Source: Candidatus Kerfeldbacteria bacterium RIFCSPLOWO2_02_FULL_42_19 (GTDB lineage: Bacteria > Patescibacteriota > Patescibacteriia > HO2-48-17). Taken from it: a stretch of 64,000 nucleotides of DNA. Location: assembly GCA_001818315.1 (NCBI GenBank), contig MHKF01000011.1, forward strand, positions 44,825-108,824, given 5' to 3'. The notes under the pieces are model-generated. The model was not told where the DNA came from, did no database searches, and saw only the letters and a program-made list of their open reading frames with translations. Numbering within the stretch: the first letter of the stretch is position 1; the number at the start of each line of letters is the position of its first letter. Below, piece by piece: positions 20,254-29,254 of the stretch. The position numbers were made by a program, and so were the translations under genes.

Positions 20254-20697
20254 TTATGCGGATCGACTGACTGTAGGCTCTGTATAATGCGCTTTTGCTC
20301 CATTGGGGCGAGCCAAATTTGCATTGGTATCAGTCATCTGTTGCCGATAATTCGCAATGTCTTTGTTTATTTTTTCGAGGAGTTCTTCTTCATTCAGACT
20401 CTCTTGTTGTTCACTAAGTTTTTGCACCACTTTCCTTCCTGCTGATTGTTGTCCTCCTCCTGCTGTTTGGATCGTTTTCTTTTGCATTGCAGACGCTGTA
20501 GACGACATTGGAGGTGTATTTATTTTCTTGATTGGAAGATTCGGCATGCTTGTCTGTGACAAGTTACTGGACATTCGATCCATGAAGCGTTCGTATTCAT
20601 CAAAAGTGACGATGACATAGGCTGGCTCGTCGTTTTCGATAATAATACATTTATCGCCTGTTTTTCTCGCTAACCGCAAGATCCTTTGCATATCCAT
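20254..20697 (-). CDS. Phd/YefM-like antitoxin-fold domain protein with S/Q/N-rich tail
   Basis: N-terminal ILRLARKTGDKCIIIENDEPAYVIVTFDEYERF matches the Phd/YefM core (...I.R.G.P.AVLVS.EEYE.L); about 100 aa of low-complexity tail; diverges from the 677-aa gene across a shared 218-bp intergenic region. Confidence 0.4.
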   Translation of the reverse strand: MDMQRILRLARKTGDKCIIIENDEPAYVIVTFDEYERFMDRMSSNLSQTSMPNLPIKKINTPPMSSTASAMQKKTIQTAGGGQQSAGRKVVQKLSEQQESLNEEELLEKINKDIANYRQQMTDTNANLARPNGAKAHYTEPTVSRSA

Positions 20698-20915
20698 ACT
20701 ATAAGGAATAATAATAAAGTTTTCCCTATCTTAATACAATTATCGCTATTGTCAAGGAAAAATTTTGCAAAAAATGAGAAGGTATGTTACGTTATTCCCA
20801 CTCTATGGAAGTACATGGTTTTTGTATGTATTTTTTTACATTGACAACTGAGTTTGCGTTGGGTGCATAAAGAGCAGTCTTACGCGATGACAGATTTACT
20901 CTGTAGGAGGGTCTG

Positions 20916-22949
20916 ATGAAGAAACTAGTGCTTGGAATACTTGTAGGTCTATTCATTGTAAATGGCTTCTTTCGTAGTGTTCTCTTGTACGAGGAATACA
21001 TCGGTGTGGAAACTACTGGATCTAATATGATGCAGTATCGTGACATGGGTGTATCTGTTCAACAATTCCTTTCTCATCATCACGATGTAATGCCTCTCAT
21101 ATACGCTTTGGAACGCGACCGTGGCTTTGCACTGGCACTGATACTGTCTTGCGGAGTGAAATTCATAGGAAAAAATATCAGTGAAAAAACGGGTGAGCGA
21201 TTGAATTGGGAATCTCCGGATGCCCTGTATCGCCTCGATCATCCAAAAGCTCATCCCACAGATATTCCGGACGCTGAGATTATTGTGTATTTCGACAACC
21301 AAGGTGTATTTGTGGATTTTCAAATTCCCGCAACGCTCTTTGTCTTTGCGCAGTTTCCGAAGTTTTCGTATAACACGCTCATGAAAATGTATTGGACGAA
21401 GGGAGGTGGAAGATCGTCTCTTATGAAAGAATTTGAAAAGTTCGAGCGAACTTTTCGTGAATACCTCGAAAAATATGCAACCGATAATCCGCTTTTCGCC
21501 GCAGCTTCCAAAGTATATACACCGGCAGAACTTGTGAAGCTGAGTTCGTATGCAGCGTTTGACCAGATGCTTCTACAACTTATCCAGACGTACTATGCAA
21601 AACTGCAAAAAGTCGACAAAGCTGCTGTTTTGGAACAATCCATGATAGAACAGGGTCGCATCTGGGTTTTGACGTACTTTAATGCATGCAAGAAAATACA
21701 TGGTCTGTATTTTCTGTGGCTCCAAATTCAACTGTTCTTTCCACTCGGCTGCATAGTACTTTCGCTGGTGTATATTGTGATCCAATTGCGCCGGAAAGAT
21801 TTGTTCGGACTCATTACTGCGGTGCTGCGAGAAAACGATTTGAGAACTTCTTGGTGGCGTATTGATACTCTTACGATCATACTTTCCGTCATACGAAAGC
21901 ATCCACTTCTCTTGCTGTGGCAACCAACCGATGAACGCGTTCGATGTTCGATTACTCCGACGTGTTCACAACTTCTGCGCGCGTACGAAGAGCGTCAGAA
22001 TCTTCGACTGCTTGCGACGAAGGCTTTAGAACTTTCAGAAACGTGCCGACACCGTTTTCACGGCGACGTGCCCAAGAGTCTTCAAGGACTTCTCACTGTA
22101 AGTTTAGATCCAACCCGCACAGTCACTGTGAGAGAGGATGCTCTTCTGCAGATCCGGAAGCATCTTCAATTGTCTCCTCGCAATGGAAAAAACGGTTCTG
22201 GAACTTACCCGAGACCTGCTTCACAAGATCTCCGGAAAGATAGTGTTCCACAAGCATGGCAACAACGAAAGGAGGTCATCGAAAAAATTCTTGCTCTCAC
22301 GAGCGAACATGCGCCTGATATAACTCCTATTGACGCTGCTTTTTTTGAGACTTTTTCATGGCGCAAAATCGAAATGTGTGAGCGGACGGTGAGAATCCTC
22401 GCACACGAACCGCTATTCTTGGAAAAATTCTTTGGACTTTCCAAAGATCAGATCAAAGGTCTTCTCAATCCTGATTCTAGGTTTCTGTGTGCCGTGTTGA
22501 CGGAAGACTTTGATGCTCTTGGGCAACTCTTGGGTGTTCGTGTGGATGAAACACAAACCGCAGAAGTATCTCTGGTAGAAAATAGTTCGCGTCTGCTTGC
22601 TGGTCAACGTGTTGTTATTTTTGGCGGCGCGCGGACTGAAATACCAGATATTCAAAAGCGTCTCATAGATGTCGTACTGAAACTTGGCGCTCAATCGTGC
22701 GAATTCAGATACTGCAACGATCTTGGTAGATTAATGAGCAGCATCACTGCTGCGGTTGATATATGGATTGTACTGATCGCTACGGTACCGCACCTCATCA
22801 CAGACAAACTCACTGCGGAAATACGTTCGGAACTTCTCTTGAACATACGGTACCTCAACGCGGAACGATTCCGCAGTGAACTGATCCAAAAAATACAACT
22901 TGCAGAGTCCAGGAAGAGTTCGAGAAATAGGATTTCCACTCTGCCGTAA
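20916..22949 (+). CDS. Hypothetical 677-aa membrane protein inserted between tuf and fusA
   Basis: Good SD (GGAGGG) 7 nt before the ATG. N-terminal signal-anchor (LVLGILVGLFIVNGFF) and a mid-protein TM pair (~aa 265-295). C-terminal roughly 110 aa has an alpha/beta pattern (VVIFGGAR...LGA...VDIWIVLIATVPH) reminiscent of DUF2325-type Rossmann-like modules; this is from memory and unverified. Confidence 0.6.
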   Translation: MKKLVLGILVGLFIVNGFFRSVLLYEEYIGVETTGSNMMQYRDMGVSVQQFLSHHHDVMPLIYALERDRGFALALILSCGVKFIGKNISEKTGERLNWESPDALYRLDHPKAHPTDIPDAEIIVYFDNQGVFVDFQIPATLFVFAQFPKFSYNTLMKMYWTKGGGRSSLMKEFEKFERTFREYLEKYATDNPLFAAASKVYTPAELVKLSSYAAFDQMLLQLIQTYYAKLQKVDKAAVLEQSMIEQGRIWVLTYFNACKKIHGLYFLWLQIQLFFPLGCIVLSLVYIVIQLRRKDLFGLITAVLRENDLRTSWWRIDTLTIILSVIRKHPLLLLWQPTDERVRCSITPTCSQLLRAYEERQNLRLLATKALELSETCRHRFHGDVPKSLQGLLTVSLDPTRTVTVREDALLQIRKHLQLSPRNGKNGSGTYPRPASQDLRKDSVPQAWQQRKEVIEKILALTSEHAPDITPIDAAFFETFSWRKIEMCERTVRILAHEPLFLEKFFGLSKDQIKGLLNPDSRFLCAVLTEDFDALGQLLGVRVDETQTAEVSLVENSSRLLAGQRVVIFGGARTEIPDIQKRLIDVVLKLGAQSCEFRYCNDLGRLMSSITAAVDIWIVLIATVPHLITDKLTAEIRSELLLNIRYLNAERFRSELIQKIQLAESRKSSRNRISTLP

Positions 22950-23022
22950 TATTTATTCACCCTTCCCTATCCTCGTATGAGTGTCAGAAATTTTTCTGCC
23001 AACTTGTGCGAGGATAGTTTGT

Positions 23023-25107
23023 TTATGCGCCCTGTTTTTCTTTGATCGCATCTACAATACTCTGCGGTGCTTGAGCGTATTGCGAAAATTCCATCGTGTA
23101 ACTTGCTCTGCCTTGCGTCATGGAACGTAATGTCGTTGCGTAACCAAACATTTCCGCGAGTGGCACTTCCGCTCGAATGATCTTCATCATACCGCGATCG
23201 GTCATTTCGTGAATCTTTCCGCGCTTTGCATTTAAGTCACCGATCACATCGCCCATATAATTTTCTGGAGTGATCACTTCTACTTTCATCATCGGCTCCA
23301 ATAATACCGGCTTTGCCCTTCTGGATGCTGCTTTCAAAGCTATAGAACCAGCAATTTTGAATGCAGCTTCTGAAGAATCAACTTCGTGATACGACCCGTC
23401 ATATACGGCTACTTGAATATTGATCAGCGGATATCCTGCAACAACACCTTTATCCAAAGCTTCTCGTACGCCCTTTTCGATCGCTGGAATGTACTCTTTT
23501 GGAATCACGCCCCCTTTGATCGCATCTTCAAAAGTAAATCGTTCTGTCGAATCTTTCAGCGGTTCCACTCGTAAGAAACAATGGCCATATTGCCCACGTC
23601 CTCCAGATTGTCGAATATACTTCCCTTCTGCTTCAGCTGTCTGTGTTATCGTTTCTTTATACGCGACCTGCGGTTTTCCGACATTTGCTTCAACATTAAA
23701 TTCACGCTTCATACGATCCACGATAATTTCGAGATGGAGTTCGCCCATACCTGAAATAACAATTTGATTCGTTTCTTCGTCGCTCTTCACACGGAATGTT
23801 GGATCTTCCTCTGTAAGATGAGAGAGCGCGAGTCCCATTTTTTCCTGATCTGCTTTTGTCTTCGGTTCTATTGCGATAGAAATGACAGGCTCTGGAAAAG
23901 TAATATTTTCCAAAGCAATGGACTGATTGATATCACACAACGTATCGCCGGTTTTAATACCTCTCAGCCCAACGACTGCTGCGATATCACCTGCTTGTAC
24001 TGCTTTAACTTCTTCCCGATGATTTGCGTGCAAACGCACAATGCGAGAAATACGTTCTTTTTTTTCTGAATTACTATTCAGCACATATGTTCCAGCTTGC
24101 AACATTCCTGAATACACTCGCACGAATACCAATTTTCCAACGTACGGATCAGTAGCAATTTTAAACGCCAACGCCGCAAGCGGCTCAGTGCTTGAGGTTT
24201 TACGTTCAAGTGTTTTTGTTGTGTCTCTCAGTTCAGTTCCCTTGACTGGTGGAAGATCTAACGGCGATGGAAGGTAGTCTACGATCGCGTCGAGCAGTTT
24301 TTGTACTCCTTTATTTTTTAATGCGCTCCCGCAGAGTACTGGCACAAGAGTACCGGTAATTGTATTTTTGCGGAGTTGTTGTTTTAAAGTTTCTAAAGCA
24401 ATTGTTTTTCCTTCAAGATACTCGTGCATCAGTGTATCATTGTGCTCTACAATCGCTTCAATAAGTTTACCGCGATATTCCGTGACTTTTTCTTTCATGT
24501 CAGATGGAATATCTGTTTCTAGGATCTCTTTTCCAAGATTGTCTTTATAAATGTAAGCCTTCTCTTTGAGAAGATCGACGATACCTTGAAAATTTTCTTC
24601 CGTGCCAATAGGAAGTTGCAGAGGGTGAGCATTTTTTGAAAGGCGCTCATGAATGGAAGCGAGATCAGCATAAAAATCAGCGCCTGTGCGATCGAGCTTA
24701 TTAATAAAACAAATGCGAGGCACGTGATATTTTTCTGCTTGATGCCAAACTGTTTCGGACTGCGGTTCTACGCCTGCTACACCGTCAAAAATAACAGCGC
24801 CTCCATCGAGCACCCTCAGCGAACGTTCGACCTCTACCGTAAAATCCACGTGACCCGGAGTATCGATAATATTAATTTGTTTCCCATTCCAAAAACACGT
24901 TGTTGCTGCCGCAGTAATTGTTATGCCTCGCTCACGTTCCTGTTCCATCCAATCCATCGTTGCTTCACCTTTGTGTACTTCTCCCATCTTATGTTTTTTA
25001 CCGGTATAAAAAAGCACACGCTCCGTGACGGTTGTTTTCCCCGCATCGATGTGAGCAATAATTCCAATATTGCGTATATTTTCAAGTCGTTTAATATCTG
25101 CGTCCAT
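23023..25107 (-). CDS. fusA: Elongation factor G
   Basis: [21 protein letters not shown] motifs. Conserved start [16 protein letters not shown] at ATG (rc) 25105-25107. Confidence 0.96.
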   Translation of the reverse strand: MDADIKRLENIRNIGIIAHIDAGKTTVTERVLFYTGKKHKMGEVHKGEATMDWMEQERERGITITAAATTCFWNGKQINIIDTPGHVDFTVEVERSLRVLDGGAVIFDGVAGVEPQSETVWHQAEKYHVPRICFINKLDRTGADFYADLASIHERLSKNAHPLQLPIGTEENFQGIVDLLKEKAYIYKDNLGKEILETDIPSDMKEKVTEYRGKLIEAIVEHNDTLMHEYLEGKTIALETLKQQLRKNTITGTLVPVLCGSALKNKGVQKLLDAIVDYLPSPLDLPPVKGTELRDTTKTLERKTSSTEPLAALAFKIATDPYVGKLVFVRVYSGMLQAGTYVLNSNSEKKERISRIVRLHANHREEVKAVQAGDIAAVVGLRGIKTGDTLCDINQSIALENITFPEPVISIAIEPKTKADQEKMGLALSHLTEEDPTFRVKSDEETNQIVISGMGELHLEIIVDRMKREFNVEANVGKPQVAYKETITQTAEAEGKYIRQSGGRGQYGHCFLRVEPLKDSTERFTFEDAIKGGVIPKEYIPAIEKGVREALDKGVVAGYPLINIQVAVYDGSYHEVDSSEAAFKIAGSIALKAASRRAKPVLLEPMMKVEVITPENYMGDVIGDLNAKRGKIHEMTDRGMMKIIRAEVPLAEMFGYATTLRSMTQGRASYTMEFSQYAQAPQSIVDAIKEKQGA

Positions 25108-25159
25108 GCTATTACGTGTTAAAAATGAGACGTGTTCATGAATGATTTTTCTCAATCTA

Positions 25160-25834
25160 TCAACATACTTCTTGATTGTTTTTCATCTCGCAACTCTTTA
25201 AAAATGTTGTCCCACCTGTTTTTTTATCTACCATTTCATAGATGATAACTGATTCCGGAAAATTCGTTGCGACAGTTGCGATGAGAAAAAAATCTGTATT
25301 TATCCATCCTCGTAATTCATATCTTTGTGCTGCATTTTTATCTCCCGCAGGTTGAGAAACAGGAAGCATCGTGACACTTGTATCTCCATTCTTCCAGTAC
25401 CCAATTTGTTGCGCTGGCACTTGCGCTGTATCTCCCGCACTTCTATTTTCGAGCATAAATATGACATGGCCATCTTTCTGATTCCAGCACAGTTCTACTA
25501 CTTCTTGAAAACCCTGCGCATCAGATGTGATGTATTTCCCTTCTGCTTTTTGAAAACTTTGATACCAAGTTACTTGCGCTAATTCGGAAGGTAATTTTGT
25601 ACACAACGAAGAGAAATGATCCAATGGCACACGTGATGACTGCGTCTGTTGCGCCGTGTTTATTATACTGCTTTTCGTATTGCTCTCGTTTTGATTTTTA
25701 ATCGATACCTCCGACACCTCCCGTGTTTCATTTGGTTGTTCTAGCACTCTTTGTATTTTAAATCCGTTCTTAACTAATAAAACACTAAACGCCCCTATCA
25801 AGAGCACCGCCAAAATTGCTTGTATTTTTTTCAT
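25160..25834 (-). CDS. Hypothetical membrane-anchored protein inserted between rpsG and fusA
   Basis: Start at [21 protein letters not shown] (single N-terminal TM); extracytoplasmic Q/S/N-rich linker and a roughly 150-aa domain with no recognisable motif. Confidence 0.5.
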   Translation of the reverse strand: MKKIQAILAVLLIGAFSVLLVKNGFKIQRVLEQPNETREVSEVSIKNQNESNTKSSIINTAQQTQSSRVPLDHFSSLCTKLPSELAQVTWYQSFQKAEGKYITSDAQGFQEVVELCWNQKDGHVIFMLENRSAGDTAQVPAQQIGYWKNGDTSVTMLPVSQPAGDKNAAQRYELRGWINTDFFLIATVATNFPESVIIYEMVDKKTGGTTFLKSCEMKNNQEVC

Positions 25835-25850
25835 AAGCAACGCAGGAAAC

Positions 25851-26315
25851 TTAAGCAAAGTGCGCAAAGGCGCGATTTGCTTCTGCCATACGCTGTACAT
25901 CTTGCTTCTTTTTCACTGCGTCTCCTTCGTTTTTGCTTGCCGCGATAATTTCTTCTGCAAGCTTTTCTCGCATCGGTTTTCCCTTACGACTCGCTGCAGC
26001 ACCAATAATCCATCGAAAGGTGAGTGCTGTTCTTCTAGTCCCTTTTACTTCAACCGGAACCTGATAATTAGAGCCTCCGATTCGTCTCGAACGCACCTCA
26101 ACCATGGGCGTAACGTTACGCACTGCAAGATCAAACATATCAAGCGGATTTTGATTTGTTTTTTTCTGTATAATATGAAAGCAATCGTAGACAATTTTCT
26201 GTGCTACGGTTTTTTTTCCCCGTTCCATGATCGCATTAATAAACTTTGCTATAATCGTGCTGTTATATTTTGGGTCTGGATCAATGTCTCGTTTAGGTGA
26301 TTGTTTTCCACGCAT
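25851..26315 (-). CDS. rpsG: 30S ribosomal protein S7
   Basis: PDPKYNSTIIAKFINAIMERGKKTVAQKIVY. Confidence 0.94.
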   Translation of the reverse strand: MRGKQSPKRDIDPDPKYNSTIIAKFINAIMERGKKTVAQKIVYDCFHIIQKKTNQNPLDMFDLAVRNVTPMVEVRSRRIGGSNYQVPVEVKGTRRTALTFRWIIGAAASRKGKPMREKLAEEIIAASKNEGDAVKKKQDVQRMAEANRAFAHFA

Positions 26316-26337
26316 ACGTTAATATTATTCTTGAATT

Positions 26338-26757
26338 TTATACTTGCTTCGCTTTTTCTTGTTTCGCGCCATACAGGCTCCTGCCTTGCTTACGACCCTC
26401 CACGCCGCCAGCGTCATAGACTCCACGCACAATATGGTAGCGTACTCCTGGCAAATCTTTCACACGACCGCCGCGCACGAGAACAATAGAGTGCTCCTGT
26501 AAATTATGTCCGATACCCGGAATATAAGCAGTAATTTCCATGCCATTCGAAAGTCGTACTCGAGCAATCTTTCGCAGCGCGGAATTTGGTTTTTTTGGAG
26601 TCATTGTTGTCACCTTCACACACACGCCGCGCTTTAATGGATTTCCTTTGAATTGGATTTTTTGCTGGCGCTTTAATGCGTTAAGATTTGATTGCAATGC
26701 TGGTGTTTTCGACTTTTGCCGAGTGATCGAGCGACCCTTGCGAATCAACTGATTCAT
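26338..26757 (-). CDS. rpsL: 30S ribosomal protein S12
   Basis: Conserved start MNQLIRKGR at ATG (rc) 26755-26757; [16 protein letters not shown] and [10 protein letters not shown] motifs. Confidence 0.92.
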   Translation of the reverse strand: MNQLIRKGRSITRQKSKTPALQSNLNALKRQQKIQFKGNPLKRGVCVKVTTMTPKKPNSALRKIARVRLSNGMEITAYIPGIGHNLQEHSIVLVRGGRVKDLPGVRYHIVRGVYDAGGVEGRKQGRSLYGAKQEKAKQV

Positions 26758-26827
26758 CGTAGCCACAGGATTGTTGTGATTAAAAATAAGTAGTGTATTG
26801 GATATTAGCAAAAAAAATTCGCTTCCG

Positions 26828-27478
26828 TCAAATACCGAGCACAATGCGTTCGATAATAAAATTATATACGAAACTGATTACAGTTTGTAGCAACGATCCG
26901 CCGACTATGATAAACACAAGTAACAAGATTGCTCCGTATCGTTCGAGGAATTCGATGATATGATTCTTTGAATACGGCAGAAAGCTATAGAGGAGTTTAG
27001 AGCCGTCGAGCGGTGGGATAGGTATAAGATTGAAAAGCAATAATACGAGATTGATTTGCAGTAAGCTTAGAATAAATCGCAGGAGGAGATTCCCTTGCCC
27101 AAGTTCAGTTTGATTCCAAAGCAATTTGAGCGCAAAAGCAAAGATTATGACTGCAATAAGGTTTGCAAAAGGTCCTGCAAGACCTACAAGTGCGGGACCA
27201 AAACGTTTATTGCGCAAAGCATAGGGATTAAATGGAACTGGCTTTCCCCATCCGAATCCAACGAGAATGAGTAAAATGAGTCCGAGATAATCAACGTGCG
27301 CCAATGGATTGAGCGTGAGTCTTCCTGCTTGTTCTGCGGTTCGGTCGCCTTGTAAATGACCTGCGAGTGCATGCGAAAATTCATGAATCGTAATACCAAA
27401 AATTACTGCGAGTATCCATATTAAAAATAGTGAGGGTTCGGAAAAAAGATATGTAAGCCCCATATTGATGCTGAACAA
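26828..27478 (-). CDS. Site-2 protease-family zinc metalloprotease (peptidase M50)
   Basis: [10 protein letters not shown] (HExxH) in a TM helix, LNPLAHVD and GPFANL motifs; 4-6 TM helices. Confidence 0.8.
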   Translation of the reverse strand: MFSINMGLTYLFSEPSLFLIWILAVIFGITIHEFSHALAGHLQGDRTAEQAGRLTLNPLAHVDYLGLILLILVGFGWGKPVPFNPYALRNKRFGPALVGLAGPFANLIAVIIFAFALKLLWNQTELGQGNLLLRFILSLLQINLVLLLFNLIPIPPLDGSKLLYSFLPYSKNHIIEFLERYGAILLLVFIIVGGSLLQTVISFVYNFIIERIVLGI

Positions 27479-27543
27479 AAAATATGTTATGATGAAAATC
27501 TATCTTTATCTATTATAGCTAAAATTTTGATTTTGATCGATAT

Positions 27544-27720
27544 ATGGCGCGACAATGTGCTTTGTGCGGACGTAGTGCCCTCACTGGGAATACCCGCAGT
27601 CATTCCAATCGAGCGACGAAACGGAGACGATTTGTTAATCTTCAACGACTCCTTGTAGACGGTGCTTCTGTGAAGGCGTGTACGGCATGTATCCGCACCC
27701 GAACAAAGCATTTTGCATAA
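27544..27720 (+). CDS. rpmB: 50S ribosomal protein L28 (58 aa; below the ORF-track length cutoff)
   Basis: ATG 27544, stop TAA 27718-27720: MARQCALCGRSALTGNTRSHSNRATKRRRFVNLQRLLVDGASVKACTACIRTRTKHFA. Matches the bL28 pattern (C-x2-C...GNNVSHSNRKTKRRF...C-x2-C). Confidence 0.8.
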   Translation: MARQCALCGRSALTGNTRSHSNRATKRRRFVNLQRLLVDGASVKACTACIRTRTKHFA

Positions 27721-27746
27721 CCTAAGCGTGTTGAATAATAGTCCCA

Positions 27747-28349
27747 TTATAATTCCGAAAAGAGTTTCTGTTTGAGACGCGAGAATTGATGTGCATTCAT
27801 ATTGAGTGTTGGAACCTCCTTTGTGCTTTTGAGGAGTTCTGTTAATTCTTTTTGATATGTTTGCAGATGTAATTGTTGCACAAGTTTTTTATATTTTTTC
27901 ATATCGAAGTCTGTGGTTAAAAGACTTATGACATCTATTGTGTCCTTCTCACCCTTCAGCGTCAACTTTCGATCATGAAATGCCTTTTGTTTTAATAACA
28001 ACAATACTTCTTTCTTTGGAAGAATAAATCCTTCGATCGAGACTGTTTGTTTTTGAATTGCATCAATAGGCACACCAAGTTCCGAAAAAAAAGAAACATA
28101 AATATCAACATCGACTTCTTCGATAGTGATTTCATATTTTTTCAAGCTTGGATTTTTTCTTAATTCGTATGTTTGTCTTAAAGATTCGAGCGTGTCAAAT
28201 TCGCAAATGATGTCTATATCTTTTGATTTTAATTTTTTTGTATAAAGATAAACCGCCCATCCGCCAATGAGAATGAAATCATATGCACGTCTGAGGTTTT
28301 GTAAAATACGCCAACTCTTTTCCGTTATAAGATCATGATAGTAAGGCAT
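27747..28349 (-). CDS. Minimal nucleotidyltransferase, AbiEii/AbiGii-like (putative type IV toxin/abortive-infection effector)
   Basis: ILIGGWAVYLYTKKLKSKDIDII matches the pol-beta NTase motif (hGG...S.DIDh) as found in AbiEii; 200 aa. Confidence 0.5.
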   Translation of the reverse strand: MPYYHDLITEKSWRILQNLRRAYDFILIGGWAVYLYTKKLKSKDIDIICEFDTLESLRQTYELRKNPSLKKYEITIEEVDVDIYVSFFSELGVPIDAIQKQTVSIEGFILPKKEVLLLLKQKAFHDRKLTLKGEKDTIDVISLLTTDFDMKKYKKLVQQLHLQTYQKELTELLKSTKEVPTLNMNAHQFSRLKQKLFSEL

Positions 28350-28353
28350 ATAT

Positions 28354-28971
28354 CTAAACTGAAATTTTCATTTTCTGTTTCAGTGCCGCAAGAAAATCTT
28401 TTGCATACCACTCTTTGAGATTCCAAATGTCCACAAATGTTTGAACATCAGGAGTAGTTTTCCCGAAAGAAGCGAGATGTGCATCTTCTTTGAGAACAAA
28501 AAGATTCGGATAGCCCTTCTTTTTTGGAAAGCGTTTTTCTATTTCTTTTATTTCATTGGTGTAGACGTATATCTTGTCGTAATCTGCCGGAGGATCTTGA
28601 TATTTCAAACGATACGCAGAAAAGGCAGCAAAAATAACATTCGGTGGCATGATGCCTTCGGCTTTTCTCATGGGTGTATCAGTGTGTGTATAATAGATGA
28701 TTGCTTTATCGAGATTTCTGACTGTAGCCCAAAAGAGAAGGAATTTTTCAAAATCCCGAACACGAAAATTTCTCCCAGAAACTTCGATAGCGCCACTCGC
28801 TCTTGGAATTTTGAGTGCGTTAAAGATTGTGCTGAGAGAAAAAGAAAATTTCTGTGCCAGCGCTTTTTGTGTGAAAATTTGCTGACCTTCGAGAAAATCG
28901 TTCAGAATGTGACGCCAGATTATTTCTTTTTTGGTCATGTTTCGAATTTCTACTCTTTTATATGTCCTCAT
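28354..28971 (-). CDS. wHTH regulator, AbiEi-like putative antitoxin
   Basis: N-terminal winged-helix (IFTQKALAQKFSFSLSTIFNALKIPRASGAIE) plus C-terminal domain; lies 4 nt upstream of the NTase gene, giving the antitoxin-then-toxin order of AbiE modules. Confidence 0.45.
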   Translation of the reverse strand: MRTYKRVEIRNMTKKEIIWRHILNDFLEGQQIFTQKALAQKFSFSLSTIFNALKIPRASGAIEVSGRNFRVRDFEKFLLFWATVRNLDKAIIYYTHTDTPMRKAEGIMPPNVIFAAFSAYRLKYQDPPADYDKIYVYTNEIKEIEKRFPKKKGYPNLFVLKEDAHLASFGKTTPDVQTFVDIWNLKEWYAKDFLAALKQKMKISV

Positions 28972-29043
28972 TTCTATGATATTCGAAACTTAAGTTTTTG
29001 TCAAAGTACTCATGAAACTGCCGCCAAATACCGTTTCTTGTAC

Positions 29044-29134
29044 AATGCGCAGAACAAAAGAGGAGGATGACTCTCGCTTTCGAAGCACTAACACTGCACA
29101 GTGTGCTGAGAAAGGAGAGTCTTCCTCCTCTTTT
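29044..29134. repeat. Palindromic repeat element, copy 1 (bidirectional terminator / REP-like)
   Basis: AATGCGCA..AAAAGAGGAGGAtgactctcGCTTTCGAAGCACTaACACTGCACAGTGTGCTGAGAAAGGagagtcTTCCTCCTCTTTT; second copy at 50101-50192 with about 90% identity. Confidence 0.7.
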
Positions 29135-29254
29135 GCGTTATATATCGAACAAGAAATAACATTCGGCGACAGCCTCCTCATGTGAAGCTTACTCAAATAC
29201 ACTTATTTCTAAGTAACCTAGCCATGGAGCGAACGTATAATTCTCAATTGAGTT

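Noticed and set aside
28441-29070. 209-aa plus-strand ORF
   Set aside because: Antisense to the AbiEi-like gene and running into the palindromic repeat. The minus-strand gene has the HTH motif and operon logic.
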